DNA of 64,000 nt from Octopus sinensis (lineage: Eukaryota), in NCBI RefSeq assembly GCF_006345805.1, contig NC_043026.1:3906001-3970000 (forward strand). The letters are read 5' to 3'. Positions within the stretch are counted from its first letter, which is position 1, and each line of letters starts with the position of its first letter. The notes beneath the pieces are model-generated. The model made no database searches. It saw only the letters and a program-made list of their open reading frames with translations, and was not told the DNA's origin. Made by a program: the position numbers and the translations under genes. Shown piece by piece: positions 10,010 through 22,800 of the stretch.

Positions 10010-11460
10010 CATCATCATCATCATCGTTTTACGTCCGTTCTCCATGCTAGCATGGGTTGGACGGTTCGACCGGGGATCTGGGAAGCCAGAAGGCTGCACC
10101 AGGCTCCGGTCTTATCTGGCAAAGTTTCAACAGCTAGATGCCCTTCCTAACGCCAACCACTCCGTGAGTGTAGTGGGTGCTTTTTACGTGCCACCTGCAC
10201 TGGTACCAGGCGAGGCTGGCATCGGCCACGGTTGGATTGGTGCATTTTACGTGCCACCTGCACGGAAGCCAGTCGAGGTGGCACTGGCTTCGGCCACGAT
10301 TCGGATGGTGCTTTTTACGTGCCACCGACACGATATATATACATATATATAATAAAAATATTAGGGAGTAAATTCAAACTTACAGGGAAAAATTAGATTT
10401 TGATTTACCTAATAGTGGTTTTATCTCTAATTTAATTTATATCATCATCATCATCATCATCATCATCGTTTAACGTCCGTTCTCCATGCTAGCATGGGTT
10501 GGACGGTTCGACCGGGGATCTGGGAAGCCAGAAGGCTCCACCAGGCTCCGGTCTTATCTGGCAATGTTTCAACAGCTAGATGCCCTTCCTAACGCCAACC
10601 ACTCCGTGAGTGTAGTGGGTGCTTTTTACGTGCCACCTGCACTGGTACCAGGCGAGGCTGGCATCGGCCACGGTTGGATTGGTGCATTTTACGTGCCACC
10701 TGCATGGAAGCCAGTCAAGGTGGCACTGGCTTCGGCCACGATTCGGATGGTGCTTTTTACGTGCCACCGACACGATATATATACATATATATAATAAAAA
10801 TATTAGGGAGTAAATCCAAACTTACAGGGAAAAATTAGATTTTGATTTACCTAATAGTGGTTTTATCTCTAATTTAATTTATATCATCATCATCATCATC
10901 ATCATCATCGTTTAACGTCCGTTCTCCATGCTAGCATGGGTTGGACGGTTCGACCGGGGATCTGGGAAGCCAGAAGGCTCCACCAGGCTCCGGTCTTATC
11001 TGGCAATGTTTCAACAGCTAGATCCCTTCCTAACGCCAACCACTAGTCCGTGAATAGTAGTGTGGCTTTTTACGTGCCACCTGCACTGGTACCAGCGAGG
11101 CTGCATCGGCCACGGTTGGATTGGTGCATTTTACGTGCCACCTGCATGGAAGCCAGTCAAGGTGGCACTGGCTTCGGCCACGATTCGGATGGTGCTTTTT
11201 ACGTGCCACCGCACACGATATATAATACATATATATATAAAAATATTAGGGAGTCAATCCAAACTTACAGGGAAAAATTAGATTTTGATTTACCTAATAG
11301 TGGTTTTATCTCTAATTTAATTTATATCATCATCATCATCATCATCATCATCGTTTAACGTCCGTTCTCTATGCTAGCATGGGTTGGACGGTTCGACCGG
11401 GGATCTGGGAAGCCAGAAGGCTGCACCAGGCTCCAGTCTTATCTGGCAATGTTTCTACAT
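10010..11460 (-). repeat. Tandem array of ~442 bp units (RTE 3'UTR plus AT-rich segment), 3 units and a partial fourth
   Basis: Near-identical ORFs at 10044 and 10486 (offset 442); third unit is indel-rich. Confidence 0.85.
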
Positions 11461-11865
11461 GTATATATATAGAGAGAGAGCAATAAGAAAATGGAGGGGA
11501 TCAATAGTTGGTTCATCAACTTTTAGACATTATATTATGCCAATTTATCTATTTATTTACTAAAATGACAATTACAAGAATATACAGACATTTATAACAT
11601 ATGCTTTACATATAAAATATATTAATATATAAAGATACCAGTAATTATTAAAATATAACATAAAGGAATATAAATTTGGAAAATATCTTACAGCTGTTTC
11701 AGCCAAGAAGTAAAAATGCCTCATTCTACCTTTATTCCTCCAGCAAACTGAAGTAATAAGTAGATGAAATTGAGGTACTTGGGTGTTTCTCTAGGCTTCG
11801 TCAGAGATTTTAGCAAGTACATAAGGTTATATATATGTATATGTATATGTATATATATATATATA

Positions 11866-12170
11866 TCATCATCATCATCATCATCGTTTAACGTCTGCTT
11901 TCCATGCTAGCATGGGTTGGACGGTTCAACTGGGGTCTGGCGAGCCCGAAGGCTGCACCAGGCCAGTCAGATCTGGCAGTGTTTCTACAGCTGGATGCCC
12001 TTCCTAACGCCAACCACTCTGAGAGTGTAGTGGGTGATTTTATGTGCCACCGACACAGGTGCCAGACGAGGCTGGCAGACGGCCAGGCTCGGATGGTGTT
12101 TTTTATGTGCCACCGACACAGGTGCCAGACGAGGCTGGCAGACGGCCACGCTCGGATGGTGCTTTTTTAC
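11866..12170 (-). mobile_element. RTE 3'UTR fragment with two 63-bp internal units
   Basis: (CAT)n tail then cgtctgctttccatgctagcatgggttggacgg; gtgccaccgacacaggtgccagacgaggctggc occurs twice. Confidence 0.8.
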
Positions 12171-12359
12171 CTTTTATCAATTCAAAATGAATAATTAAAT
12201 TACACCCATCTAGAAAATTACATATAATAGAAAAGTTAAAATTAAAATAGTAAAAAGTAAAGATTAAGTAAATTACAAAATAATATAATGTATATAATAG
12301 GTAAAAAAAGTTTGGATTTTATTCCGTCAAATAATAATTATATATATATATAAATATAT

Positions 12360-13420
12360 ATATATGTATGTATGTATGTTTGTATGTATGTATGTATGTA
12401 GTATGTATGTATGTATGTATGTATGTATAAATGTATGTATGTATGTATGTATGTATGTATGTATGTATGTATGTATGATGTATGTATGTATGTATGAATT
12501 ATGTATGTATGTATGTATGTAGTATGTATGTATGTATGAATGTATGTATGTATGTATGTATGTATGTATGAATGTATGTATGTTTGTATGTATGTATGTA
12601 TGAATGTATGTATGTATGTATATATGTATGTATGAATGTAGTATGTATGTATGTATGTATGTATGTATGTATTATGTATGTATGTATGAAGTATGTATGT
12701 ATGTATGTATGTATGTATGTATGTATGAATGTATGTATGTATGTATGTATGAATGTATGTATGTATGTATGTATGTATGTATGTAGTATGTATGTATGTA
12801 TGAATGTAGTATGTATGTATGTATGTATGAATGTATGTATGTATGTATATATGTATGTATGAATGTATGTATGTTGTATGAATGTATGATGTATGTATGT
12901 ATGAATGTATGTATGTATGTATGAAGTATGTATGTATGTATGTATGTATGTATGAATGTATGTATGTTTGTATGTATGTATGTATGTATGTATGTATGAA
13001 TGTATGTATGTATGTATGTATGTATGAATGTATGTATGTATGTATGTATGTATGTATGAATGTATGTATGTATGTATGTATGAATGTAATGTATGTATGT
13101 ATGTATAAATGTATGTATGTATGTATGAATGTATGTATGTTTGTATGTATGTATGTATGTAGTATGTATGAATGTATGTATGTTTGTATGTATGTATGAA
13201 TGTATGTACGTATGTATGTATGTATGAATGTATGTATGTATTATGTATGTATGAATGTAGTATGTATGTATGTATGAATGTATGTATGTATGTATATATG
13301 TATGTATGAATGTATGTATGTTATGAATGTATGTATGTATGTATGTATGAATGTATGTATGTATGTATGTATGTATGTATGTTTGTATGTATGTATGTAT
13401 TGTATGTATGTATGTATGTG
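12360..13420. repeat. ~1 kb (TATG)n microsatellite with TGAA interruptions
   Basis: Direct reading. Confidence 0.95.
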
Positions 13421-13709
13421 TATATATGCATATATATGTGTGTATGTGTGTGTGTGCGTGCGTGTATCTTTGTGTCTGTGTGTGTGCGTGCGTGTATCTT
13501 TGTGTCTGTGTTTGTCCCCCACCACCATTTGACAACCAGTGTTGGTGTGTTTACATCCCCATAAATTAGCAGTTTGGCAAACGTGATTGACAGAGTAAGT
13601 ACTAGCTTAAGGAGAAGAAAAAAAGGACTGGGGTTGATTTATTTGGCTAAAAATTCTTCAAGGCTGTGCTCCAGCATGACCACAGTCAAATGAACTAAAG
13701 CAAGTGAAG

Positions 13710-13932
13710 AATGCATCAGATGTGGTGCTCAAGAGAAGTAACTGCACTTGTATGGTCATGAGATGCATATGCATGAGGACAGCTGTGTAAAGAGATGTTG
13801 ATCTCTAACGGTTGAAGGAACCTGTGGAAGAGGGAGACCCAGGAATGTATAGGATGAGGTGGTGAAGCATGATCTTTGAACGTTGGGCCCTCACAGAAGC
13901 GATGACAAGTGACCGAGATCTTTGGCAGTATA
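13710..13932 (+). pseudogene. Decayed RTE ORF2 C-terminal fragment
   Basis: Reads LYGHEMHMHEDSCVKRC*SLTVEGTCGRGRPRNV*DEVVKHDL, homologous to the 7467..8144 ORF but with stops. Confidence 0.8.
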
Positions 13933-13934
13933 TC

Positions 13935-14560
13935 TATTTCTTTACTATCCACAAGGGGCTAAACACAGAGGGGACAAACAAGGACAGCCAAATGGATTAA
14001 GTCGAATATATCGACCCCAGTGCGTAACTGGTACTTAATTTATCGACCCCGAAAGGATGAAAGGCAAAGTTGACCTCGGCGGAATTTGAACTCAGAACGT
14101 AACAGCAGACGAAATACCTATTTGTTTACTACCCACAAGGGGCTAAACATAGAGGGGACAAACAAGGACAGACAAACGGATTAAGTCGATTATATCGACC
14201 CCAGTGCGTGACTAGTACTTAATTTATTGACCCCGAAAGGATGAAAAGCAAAGTCGACCTCGGCGGAATTTGAACCCAGAACGTAACGGAAGATGAAATA
14301 TGGCTACGCATTTCGCCCAGCGTGCTAATGATTCTTATTTCTTTATTGCCCACAAGGGGCTAAACACAGAGGGGACAAACAAGGACAGACATAGGTATTA
14401 AGTCGAATACATCGACCCCAGTGCGTGACTAGTACTTAATTTATCGACCCCGAAAGGATGAAAGGCAAAGTCGACCTCGGTGGAATTTGAACCCAGAACG
14501 TAACGGCAGATGAAATACGGCTACACATTTCACCCGGCGTGCTAACGGTTCTGCCAGCTC
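13935..14560 (-). mobile_element. Three tandem SINE family B units
   Basis: cacaaggggctaaac...ggatgaaaggcaaagt.gacctcggcggaatttgaac repeated three times. Confidence 0.85.
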
Positions 14561-14912
14561 TTGAGAAAACTCATCCATTTTATGGACTCAACCATGTTCT
14601 AAAATAATTCGAAAGGTAAGCTACTATAAATTGGCATGAACTTTCTGGACAACCCAATATATCTATGACTAATGAAACAGGAGGTTGGAAAATTTTTTTG
14701 GTATTATTTATTTACCAGGACACATGTTTCATTTGTTAATAGGAATCACAAAGTTTTACGTTAGAAAGACATGTAAGGAATTTCCTATTTGAAATTCTTC
14801 AGACAAAGAATTGAGTATGTATTGGATTGGTGCATAATTATTGCGGCTTTTTTTACTTGAATGTATTTTATTCAAGAAAAACAATAACAATATTTAACAA
14901 AAACATCTGTAA

Positions 14913-15705
14913 CCCTTTCGTTACCAACCTGGTTGAAACCACCTCTGGCTCTGCAGTACAAATGTCTTGTTTTCATAAGTTTTGAATTAAAATCTTCCAC
15001 CAAACCTTAGTCACAATTTATGTTCCTAACACTAGCTTAATGATAACTAAGTTATTTTACTAAATTCTTTGTTATATTTAAAGTAATTGAAAGAAACCCA
15101 GAGCATCTCAACAGAAATATAGTAACAAGAGGGTTAAAATATATAATAGAGAAACAATTCTTAACCCTTTTGATACCAACCTGGTTGAAACCAGCTCTGG
15201 CTCTGTAGTACAAATGTCTTGATTTCATAAGTTTTGAATTAAAATCTTCCACCAAACCTTAGTCACAATTTATGTTCCTAACACTAGCTGAATGATAACC
15301 AAGTTATTTTACTAAATTCTTTGTTATATTTAAAGTAATTGAAAGAAACACAGAGGTTAGATGGATGGGGAGACCTTAATGTGGTCACTCTATATGCTAG
15401 AAATAGTAGCCTAAATTTCCTTCAATCCACACCCTTTCAACTGTTTCTAATGTCCATCTGCCCAAATGTAGAGGTGTGTTTAACCCTTTCGATACCAATC
15501 TGGCTGAAAACTGCCTCTGGCTCTGTAGTACAAATGTCTTGTTTTCATAAGTTTTGAATTAAAATCTTCCACCAAACCTTAGTCACAATTTATGTTCCTA
15601 ATTCTAGCTGAATGATAATTAAGTTATTTTACTAAATTCTTTGTTATATTTAAAGTAATTGAAAACAACACAGAGCATCTCAAAATAAATAGAGTAACGA
15701 AAGGG
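14913..15705. mobile_element. Block of three piggyBac-type MITEs (14913-15133, 15165-~15352 truncated, 15484-15705)
   Basis: CCC...GGG termini (ccctttcgttac / gtaacgaaaggg) with TTAA flanks; the leftmost flank reads gtaa. Confidence 0.85.
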
Positions 15706-15853
15706 TTAAATGACAGTCTGATCGTCTGCCAAGCAAATGGGAAGCAGTAATTGAGGTAGATGGTGAATATGCTCCGGAATAATCATTTAAAGATGTTTTT
15801 GTTTACATGTTGTTATCGTTTTTGTTGAAGAAAAAGATGTTGCAAAAAAGCTG

Positions 15854-16289
15854 GGATCTTTTCTGTTTGAACGGCAGTTTTTTAAAATAATTTCCATGGA
15901 ACTAAACACTTTTAAACTTCATATACTGGTAGAATGTGTTTATAAAACATCTTTTTCTCTTGGCTTTATTGAGAAAATTCTATAGTTTGTAAGATATTTG
16001 TTGTTGTTTTTCTTCAATTTCTGCAAGTTCAACCAATCAATGACGTCTATTGAGGTAGAAAAAACATTCTATGCCGTATGAATATGTCCCTCGTTTAAGA
16101 AACAGATTGGGTTTATTTACATGTGTGAAGAAAAAAAGATACCCTTCCCCCCACCCCTAACTCTAACCCTAACTAACCCTAACCCTAAAACAGATTGAAA
16201 TGCAATAGATCGATACTAGGGTCATAATTATGGGTGACAATTTCATATGACACTGCTAGAAAAAACTGCCGTTCAAACTGAAAAGATCC
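15854..16289. mobile_element. 436-bp MITE, 30-bp TIRs, 8-bp TSD, internal (CCCTAA)n; Merlin-like
   Basis: TIR ggatcttttctgtttgaacggcagtttttt / aaaaaactgccgttcaaactgaaaagatcc; TSD aaaagctg at 15846-15853 and 16290-16297; empty site at 16636-16643. Confidence 0.85.
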
Positions 16290-16450
16290 AAAAGCTGCAA
16301 TAATTATGCACCAACCCAATGTGTGTGTGTGTGTGTATGCATCCGTATATATATGTATAAGAGTTATGCTAGGTCTGGTAATGATTATTTGATCAGTGGC
16401 TTTTTGCCGAACTGCTAAGTTGCATGGACGTAAACATGCAACTTTGCAAA

Positions 16451-16665
16451 TATTTTATTAAAAAAAAAACAATAACAATATTTAACAAAAACATCTTTAA
16501 ATGACAGTCTGACCGTCTGCCAAGCAAATGGGAAGCAGTAATTGAGGTAGATGGTGAATATGCCCCGGAATAATCATTTAGAGATGTTTTTGTTACATGT
16601 TGTTATTGTTTTTGTTGAAGAAAAAGATGTTACAAAAAAGCTGCAATAATTATGCACCCACCCAA
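16451..16665 (+). mobile_element. Second, insertion-free copy of the mini-mariner (left TIR missing)
   Basis: Colinear with the host parts of 14865-16319; single TTAA at 16497-16500; right TIR followed by TA. Confidence 0.85.
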
Positions 16666-16999
16666 TATGTGTGTGTGTGTATAAGAATAATGATTATTTG
16701 ATCGATGTCTTTTTGCCGAACTGCTAAGTTGCATGGACGTAAACAAAACAGCTTCGATTGTCTAGCGGTGAGGAACAAATACAAACTCGCACCGCCGCCA
16801 CTCCGCTTGGTAACCCGGTATTGGTTTGTTTATATCTACGCATCTTGGCAGTACGGCAACAAGCATCCGACAGAATAACTGAGAGACGTGGCGAAGCCGA
16901 TTTGATCGTCGAAAAAAACAATCTTTGAAGGTATTGAGTCCAACGACCGAAGAAGCAATTGAGAGATGCCTTACAGCTGGAGAGAAAGAACGAGAGAAA

Positions 17000-17084
17000 G
17001 AAAACAAAGAAGACAGAGAGGTAGAGAAGGAAAAAAAGTATTGGTGTTAGGGCTGGATAGGGGATTGTGTGTGTGTGAGTGTCT

Positions 17085-17128
<44 letters not shown>

Positions 17129-17404
17129 TAGGTGAAAGATAGATAGATAGATAGGTAGATAGAAGGATAGATAGAGAGATAGATAAAAGGATAGATAGAT
17201 AGGTAGATAGAAGGATAGATAGAGAGATAGATAGAAGGATAGATAGATAGGTAGATAGAAGGATATAGATAGATAGAAAGATAGATAGATAGATAGATAG
17301 GTAGATAGAAGGATAGATAGAGAGATAGGTAGATAGATAGATAGATAGATAGTAGGATAGATAGAAAGATAGATAGATAGATATACAGATAGATAGACAG
17401 ATAG

Positions 17405-17443
<39 letters not shown>

Positions 17444-17708
17444 TAGGTGAAAGATATAGAATGATATTAGATAGAAGATAGATAGAGAGATAGATAAAAG
17501 GATAGATAGATAGGTAGATAGAAGGATAGATAGAGAGATAGATAGAAGGATAGATAGATAGGTGATCGAAGGATATAGATAGATAGAAAGATAGATAGAT
17601 AGATAGATAGGTAGATAGAGAAGGATAGATAGAGATTAGGTAGATAGATAGATAGATAGATAGTAGGATATAGATAAAGAGAGATAGATAGATATCAGAT
17701 AGATAGAC

Positions 17709-17751
<43 letters not shown>

Positions 17752-18067
17752 AGAGAAGAGAGAGAGAAGAGGGCGGAAAGTAAGAATGATAGGGCTAGAA
17801 AGGAAGAGAGAGAGGGAAGAGGAGAAGGGATAAAAGACCGCAAGATGATGAGTTTTAGAGTCGGTGAGAGTGAATGAGAGAAAAAGGGAAAAGAAAGAGT
17901 AAAAAGTATAGGTAAGAGACAAAGTGTAAATGGGAACAGAGAGAGAGAGAGAGAGAGAGAGAGAAGTGAGAAGAGGGTAGGAGGGAAATATAAGATGTAA
18001 AATGTGAGATGAACGAAGGAGAAAGATAGATGGATGGATAGGTAGATAGATAGATAGATAGATAGAC

Positions 18068-18125
<58 letters not shown>

Positions 18126-18171
18126 GTAGATAGATAGACAGATAGATAGAGAGATGGATATATAGATAGAG

Positions 18172-18210
<39 letters not shown>

Positions 18211-19100
18211 GAGATGGATAGATAGATGGATAGATATATAGACAGACAGATAGATGGATAGAGGGATAGATAGATGGACAGAGAGAGAGAGAGAGAACGA
18301 GAGCGAAAGGTAAAGGATTGAGAGAGAAGTAATGAAACGAGAGAAAGTATGAAACGGAAGAGAATGAAAAGAAAAAAATGTATGAAACGTAATAAACGGA
18401 GGGAAGGGAGAAGAGGTGAAGTGTGAGAGAGAGAAAGAAAGAGAGAGATAGAATAGGAAAAGAAAAAGAAGAAAAGTTAGAGAGAAAAGGAAAGATAGAA
18501 TGAAATGGAATAGAGGAAAGGTAGGGAGTAGGAGGATAAAAAAATAAGCGTGAAATAGAGAAAGGGAATTGTGAGAGGGAGGGAGCGGAAAGAGGAAAAG
18601 TGGGAGAGAGAAGGTGTAAGTAGAATAGAAGGAGGGAAGTGAGTAGAAGGCAAGGTAAAGAGAAAGAGAATAGAAAGCGAGTAAAGGATGTATAAAGAGA
18701 AATAGGAGAGAAAGAAGGTGTGAAAGTGATTAGAGGGTGAGGGATGAGAATAGGAGGAAAAAATGATAGAAGGAAAGGGTGTAAATAGGTAGAGAGAGTG
18801 AGGGAGAGGAGTAGGAGGAAATGTAATAGAAGGAAAGTGTGAAAATAGGTAGAGAGAGTGAAGGAGAGGAGTAGGAGGAAATGTAATAGAAGGAAAGTGT
18901 GAGAATAAGTAGAGAGAGTGAGGGAGTGAAGTAGGAGGAAAAGTAATAGAAAGTGAGAACGTGTGATAGGGAATAGAAGTAAGGGTGAGGAGTTAGAGGA
19001 AAGGTAGAGAGAGAGATTGGAAGGCAATAGAGAGTGAGAAAGAGAGGAGTAGGAGGAAAAGCAAGAGTGAAATAGATAGAAGCGTGAGAGGGTGAGAAGC
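17000..19100. repeat. Purine-rich (GA)n/(GATA)n low-complexity block with an internal ~315 bp duplication
   Basis: Direct reading; tagtaggtgaaagata at ~17126 and ~17441. Confidence 0.9.
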
Positions 19101-19139
19101 GTGATGGAGTGGGAGGAAAGCTTGTGGAGTGTTTGTTGT

Positions 19140-19305
19140 GTTTGAGTGAAGGCCGGCAGTTGAGCGGGTGATCGCTCTGTCGGTCGGACGTAGTATTGTG
19201 TTGCTGCCGGCTCCGGCTGTTTTCTGTTGTGTGTATCTTTGTGTCTTCCTCTCCGGTGACCACCACAACGTATAAAAACGCGACAACGAAGTGTGTGTTC
19301 GGCCT
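19140..19305. promoter_or_regulatory. CpG-rich unique island, candidate promoter or first exon
   Basis: High CpG/GC density, no match to the window's repeat families, Inr-like gcagtt near 19157 and tataaaa at 19271. No transcript evidence. Confidence 0.3.
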
Positions 19306-19880
19306 CGTTTTTATGCGATCGATCAACATGCTAGAAACAACAGCTAAATCTTGGTCCTTCGAAATTAGGCTTCGTTTTATGCGATCGCGATCAACATGCT
19401 AGAAACAACAGCTAAATCACAGTCCTTCGAAATTAGGCTTCGTTTTATGCGATCGCGATCAACATGCTAGAAACAACAGCTAAATCGTAGTCCTTCGTTT
19501 TATGCGATCGATCAACATGCTAGAAACAACAGCTAAATCTTAGTCCTTCGTTTTATGCGATCGATCAACATGCTAGAAACAACAGCTAAATCATAGTCCT
19601 TCGAAATTAGGCTTCGTTTTATGCGATCGCGATCAACATGCTAGAAACAACAGCTAAATCTTAGTCCTTCGAAATTAGGCTTCGTTTTATGCGATCGATC
19701 AACATGCTAGAAACAACAGCTAAATCTTAGTCCTTCGAAATTAGGCTTCGTTTTATGTGATCGATCAACATGCCAGAAACAACAGCTAAATCATAGTCCT
19801 TCGAAATTAGGCTTCGTTTTATGCGATCGATCAACATGCTAGAAACAACACCTAAATCTTAGTCCTTCGAAATTAGACCA
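19306..19880 (+). repeat. CpG-rich tandem array, 9 units of ~50-66 bp
   Basis: Unit cgttttatgcgatc(gc)gatcaacatgctagaaacaacagctaaatc.tagtccttcgaaattaggctt; caacatgc counted 9 times. Confidence 0.9.
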
Positions 19881-20569
19881 CCCTCTTCGAAAATGTTCGC
19901 ATTGGAATCATGTAATGTTATAAGTCTTGGATTACAATCTGGGAGAAGATATAAGACGGGATGGTCGAAGTTGGAATACCTTTGATGATAGCACTTTCTT
20001 GCTCTGTCAGTGCTGACCTGGAATTAAACTACAGCACGCAAGGAAGGATATAATGGATCGAAAAAAAAACACCCAAAATGGTCCGGAAAACAAAATAGTG
20101 AATTGTATGGTCGTGGCTGGAACGCCATTGATTATAGGTCGACCTTATTTTGTTTATTCAGAGCGCTGACCTAGCAACAACAAAGAACACCACATTGGAT
20201 AGATATATACTTGGATAACAATAGTCTGCAACAAACAAACCCCAAACTATATGGTGGTCATGATTGGAACGGCTTTGATGATGATGGGTCAACCTATTTG
20301 GCTCAGTCTGAGCGTTGACCTAGGGCTAAATAACCAAGAATTTGATGGAAACCGAAAGAATTGGTACAGCAGAAGCCCTAATTACTGACCTATTAGTTTG
20401 TTTTTTTTTATTGTTATTTTACATGTGCTTTGGGTGAGTTTTTTTTTTTCTTCTTTCATTCATTTCGAGTTTTTGGAAGAAAGAAAGAAAGAAAGAAGGT
20501 TTTTTTGTTCATCATTTGAGTTATACTGTATACATGTGTGTATATGCATGTACGTGTATGTATGTATAT

Positions 20570-20639
20570 AAATATATATATATATATAATATATAATATA
20601 TATATATATATATTATATATATATAATATATAATATATA

Positions 20640-20716
<77 letters not shown>

Positions 20717-20921
20717 GAAAAACATGAACCAAAACATAAAAATAAAAATAATTAATATATATACAAAATATATAAAATATAAAATTTTAAAATTTAAATT
20801 ATTTAAATTTAAAATTAAAATCATATATAATATTGTTTGTAGAAAACACTATCTATCTATCTATCTATCTGTATGTCTGTATATCTATCTATCTATCTAT
20901 CTATCTATCTGTATGTCTGTA

Positions 20922-20978
<57 letters not shown>

Positions 20979-20989
20979 GTATGTCTGTA

Positions 20990-21052
<63 letters not shown>

Positions 21053-21180
21053 ATATCTATCTGTCTGTCTATCTATCTATCTATCTGTTTATCTATATCT
21101 ATCCTTATCTATCTATCTATCTATCTATCTATCTCCATCTATCTATCTGTCTGTATATCCATCCATCCATCCATCCATCC

Positions 21181-21218
<38 letters not shown>

Positions 21219-21403
21219 GCATGCATGTACGTGTGTATGTACATATGCATTTGTGTGTATATATATATATATTATATATATATATATATATGCATGTGTC
21301 TATATGCATGTATGTATACACATGCATCTATGTGCGTGTATATGTGTTTATGTATGTATGTATGTATGCACATATGCGTGTATTGTATAAGTATGTGTAT
21401 ATA

Positions 21404-21452
<49 letters not shown>

Positions 21453-22761
21453 AATATCGTTTCTAGAAAGCATCCGGCCAACAGGTTTTGGGGTCCGACG
21501 ATGCGCCATAGAGCTAAACCCTATATGGACGGGAAACCCAGGGTAATCCCATGAACCGGCCTTCCCCATTTATATATATATATATATATGGCGAAACTAT
21601 GCCATATATATATATATAGCACACGATCTTATAACGATCTCTATTTATCGAACTGCGAAGTTGCTATCGCACACATGCACACGTAACGGGATCCCCTTTT
21701 AGCTCTCCGACACGCTTCACCACAGTTTCCGTCCTCAAAAAGATCCCACTCATAAGGCTTTGTTTTTCCTGTCTTGGGTTCCGCAGTAGAAGGCAAGCTG
21801 GCCAAGGTGTGGCCTTGCTGCGCGATCGAACCCGGAACCGCGCAGTTGTGAAGCAAACTTCTTGAAAACATGCCAATGTTTACGTAGCCTTTATACATAT
21901 ATAGAGAACCCTTTCCCCGGGGTCGCGATCCCTTAAATGCAGGGTCATTGTACCTTGAGTGTGTGTGTATGTATGTATGTATGTATGTATGTATGAATGT
22001 ATGTATGTATATGTCTAGATAAATACGTGTATATGTATGTACACGTGTGTGTACGTATGTATGTGTGTGTATGTAAATGTGTGTGTATATGTATGTATGT
22101 GTGTATATATGTATATGTGCGTGTATATGTTTGTGTGTGTGTATATATGTATATGTGCGTGTATATGTTTGTGTGTGTATATATATGTGTGTGTATATAC
22201 GTGTATGTGTGTGTATATATATGTGTATGTGTGTATATATATGTGTATATGTGTGTATGTATGTATATGTGTATATATGTATGTGTGTGTATGAGTGTAT
22301 ATATGTATGTGTATATATGTGTGTATGAGTATATATGTATGTATGTGTATATATATATATGTGTGCGTATATGTATATATATGTATGTGTGTGTATATAT
22401 GTATATATATATGTGTATATATATGTATGTATGTATATATATATATAATAACGGCATTTTCTACATAGACTAGTTTAATGTCCTACATAAGAATCTCTCG
22501 ATTGGTTTTGGTATTCTTCAATCCCTGTTTGACAAATGCTTTGGTACGAAACTCTGGGTCTCTTCAGTAACTCTTAGGTACTTTTCAGTTATAATCATAC
22601 CAATGATGTGTGTACACACTCACACACATATCCACAAGCACTGCAAATACACACACACATATATACATACATGCACACACCTATATATACCTAGACCATA
22701 TGTATGTGTGTATGTATATATACGTACGCACATTTATATATATACATTTATATATATATGT

Positions 22762-22800
<39 letters not shown>

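Larger units (their letters stand above)
14822..16319 (+). mobile_element. Internally deleted mariner element hosting nested insertions
   Basis: TIRs ttggattggtgcataattattgcggcttt / aaagctgcaataattatgcaccaacccaa resemble mariner TIRs; remnant DRLPSKWEAVIEVDGEYAPE* at 15720-15782 resembles a mariner transposase C-terminus. Confidence 0.8.

Noticed and set aside
11685-11740. Partial hammerhead-like GAAACAGCTGTA on the minus strand
   Set aside because: The CUGANGA box is missing and no stem I is evident.
16170-16190. (CCCTAA)n tracts as evidence of a telomere or chromosome fusion (also 34440-34480, 34755, 44875-44900)
   Set aside because: All are short and lie inside copies of one MITE family.
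16724-17007. Two overlapping open frames on the minus strand behind a good acceptor (ctccag)
   Set aside because: Much of the segment aligns with two diverged SINE A fragments in opposite orientations; neither peptide resembles a known protein.
19151-19212. GGCCGGC...GCCGGCT pairing identical to P1 of the HDV genomic ribozyme
   Set aside because: No CC in an L3 loop, no GG after P1 for P1.1 and no evident P2/P4; the nested pseudoknot cannot be built on either strand.
19306-19880. CRISPR-like appearance of short palindromic repeats
   Set aside because: No unique spacers, no cas genes, eukaryotic context; it is a plain tandem repeat.
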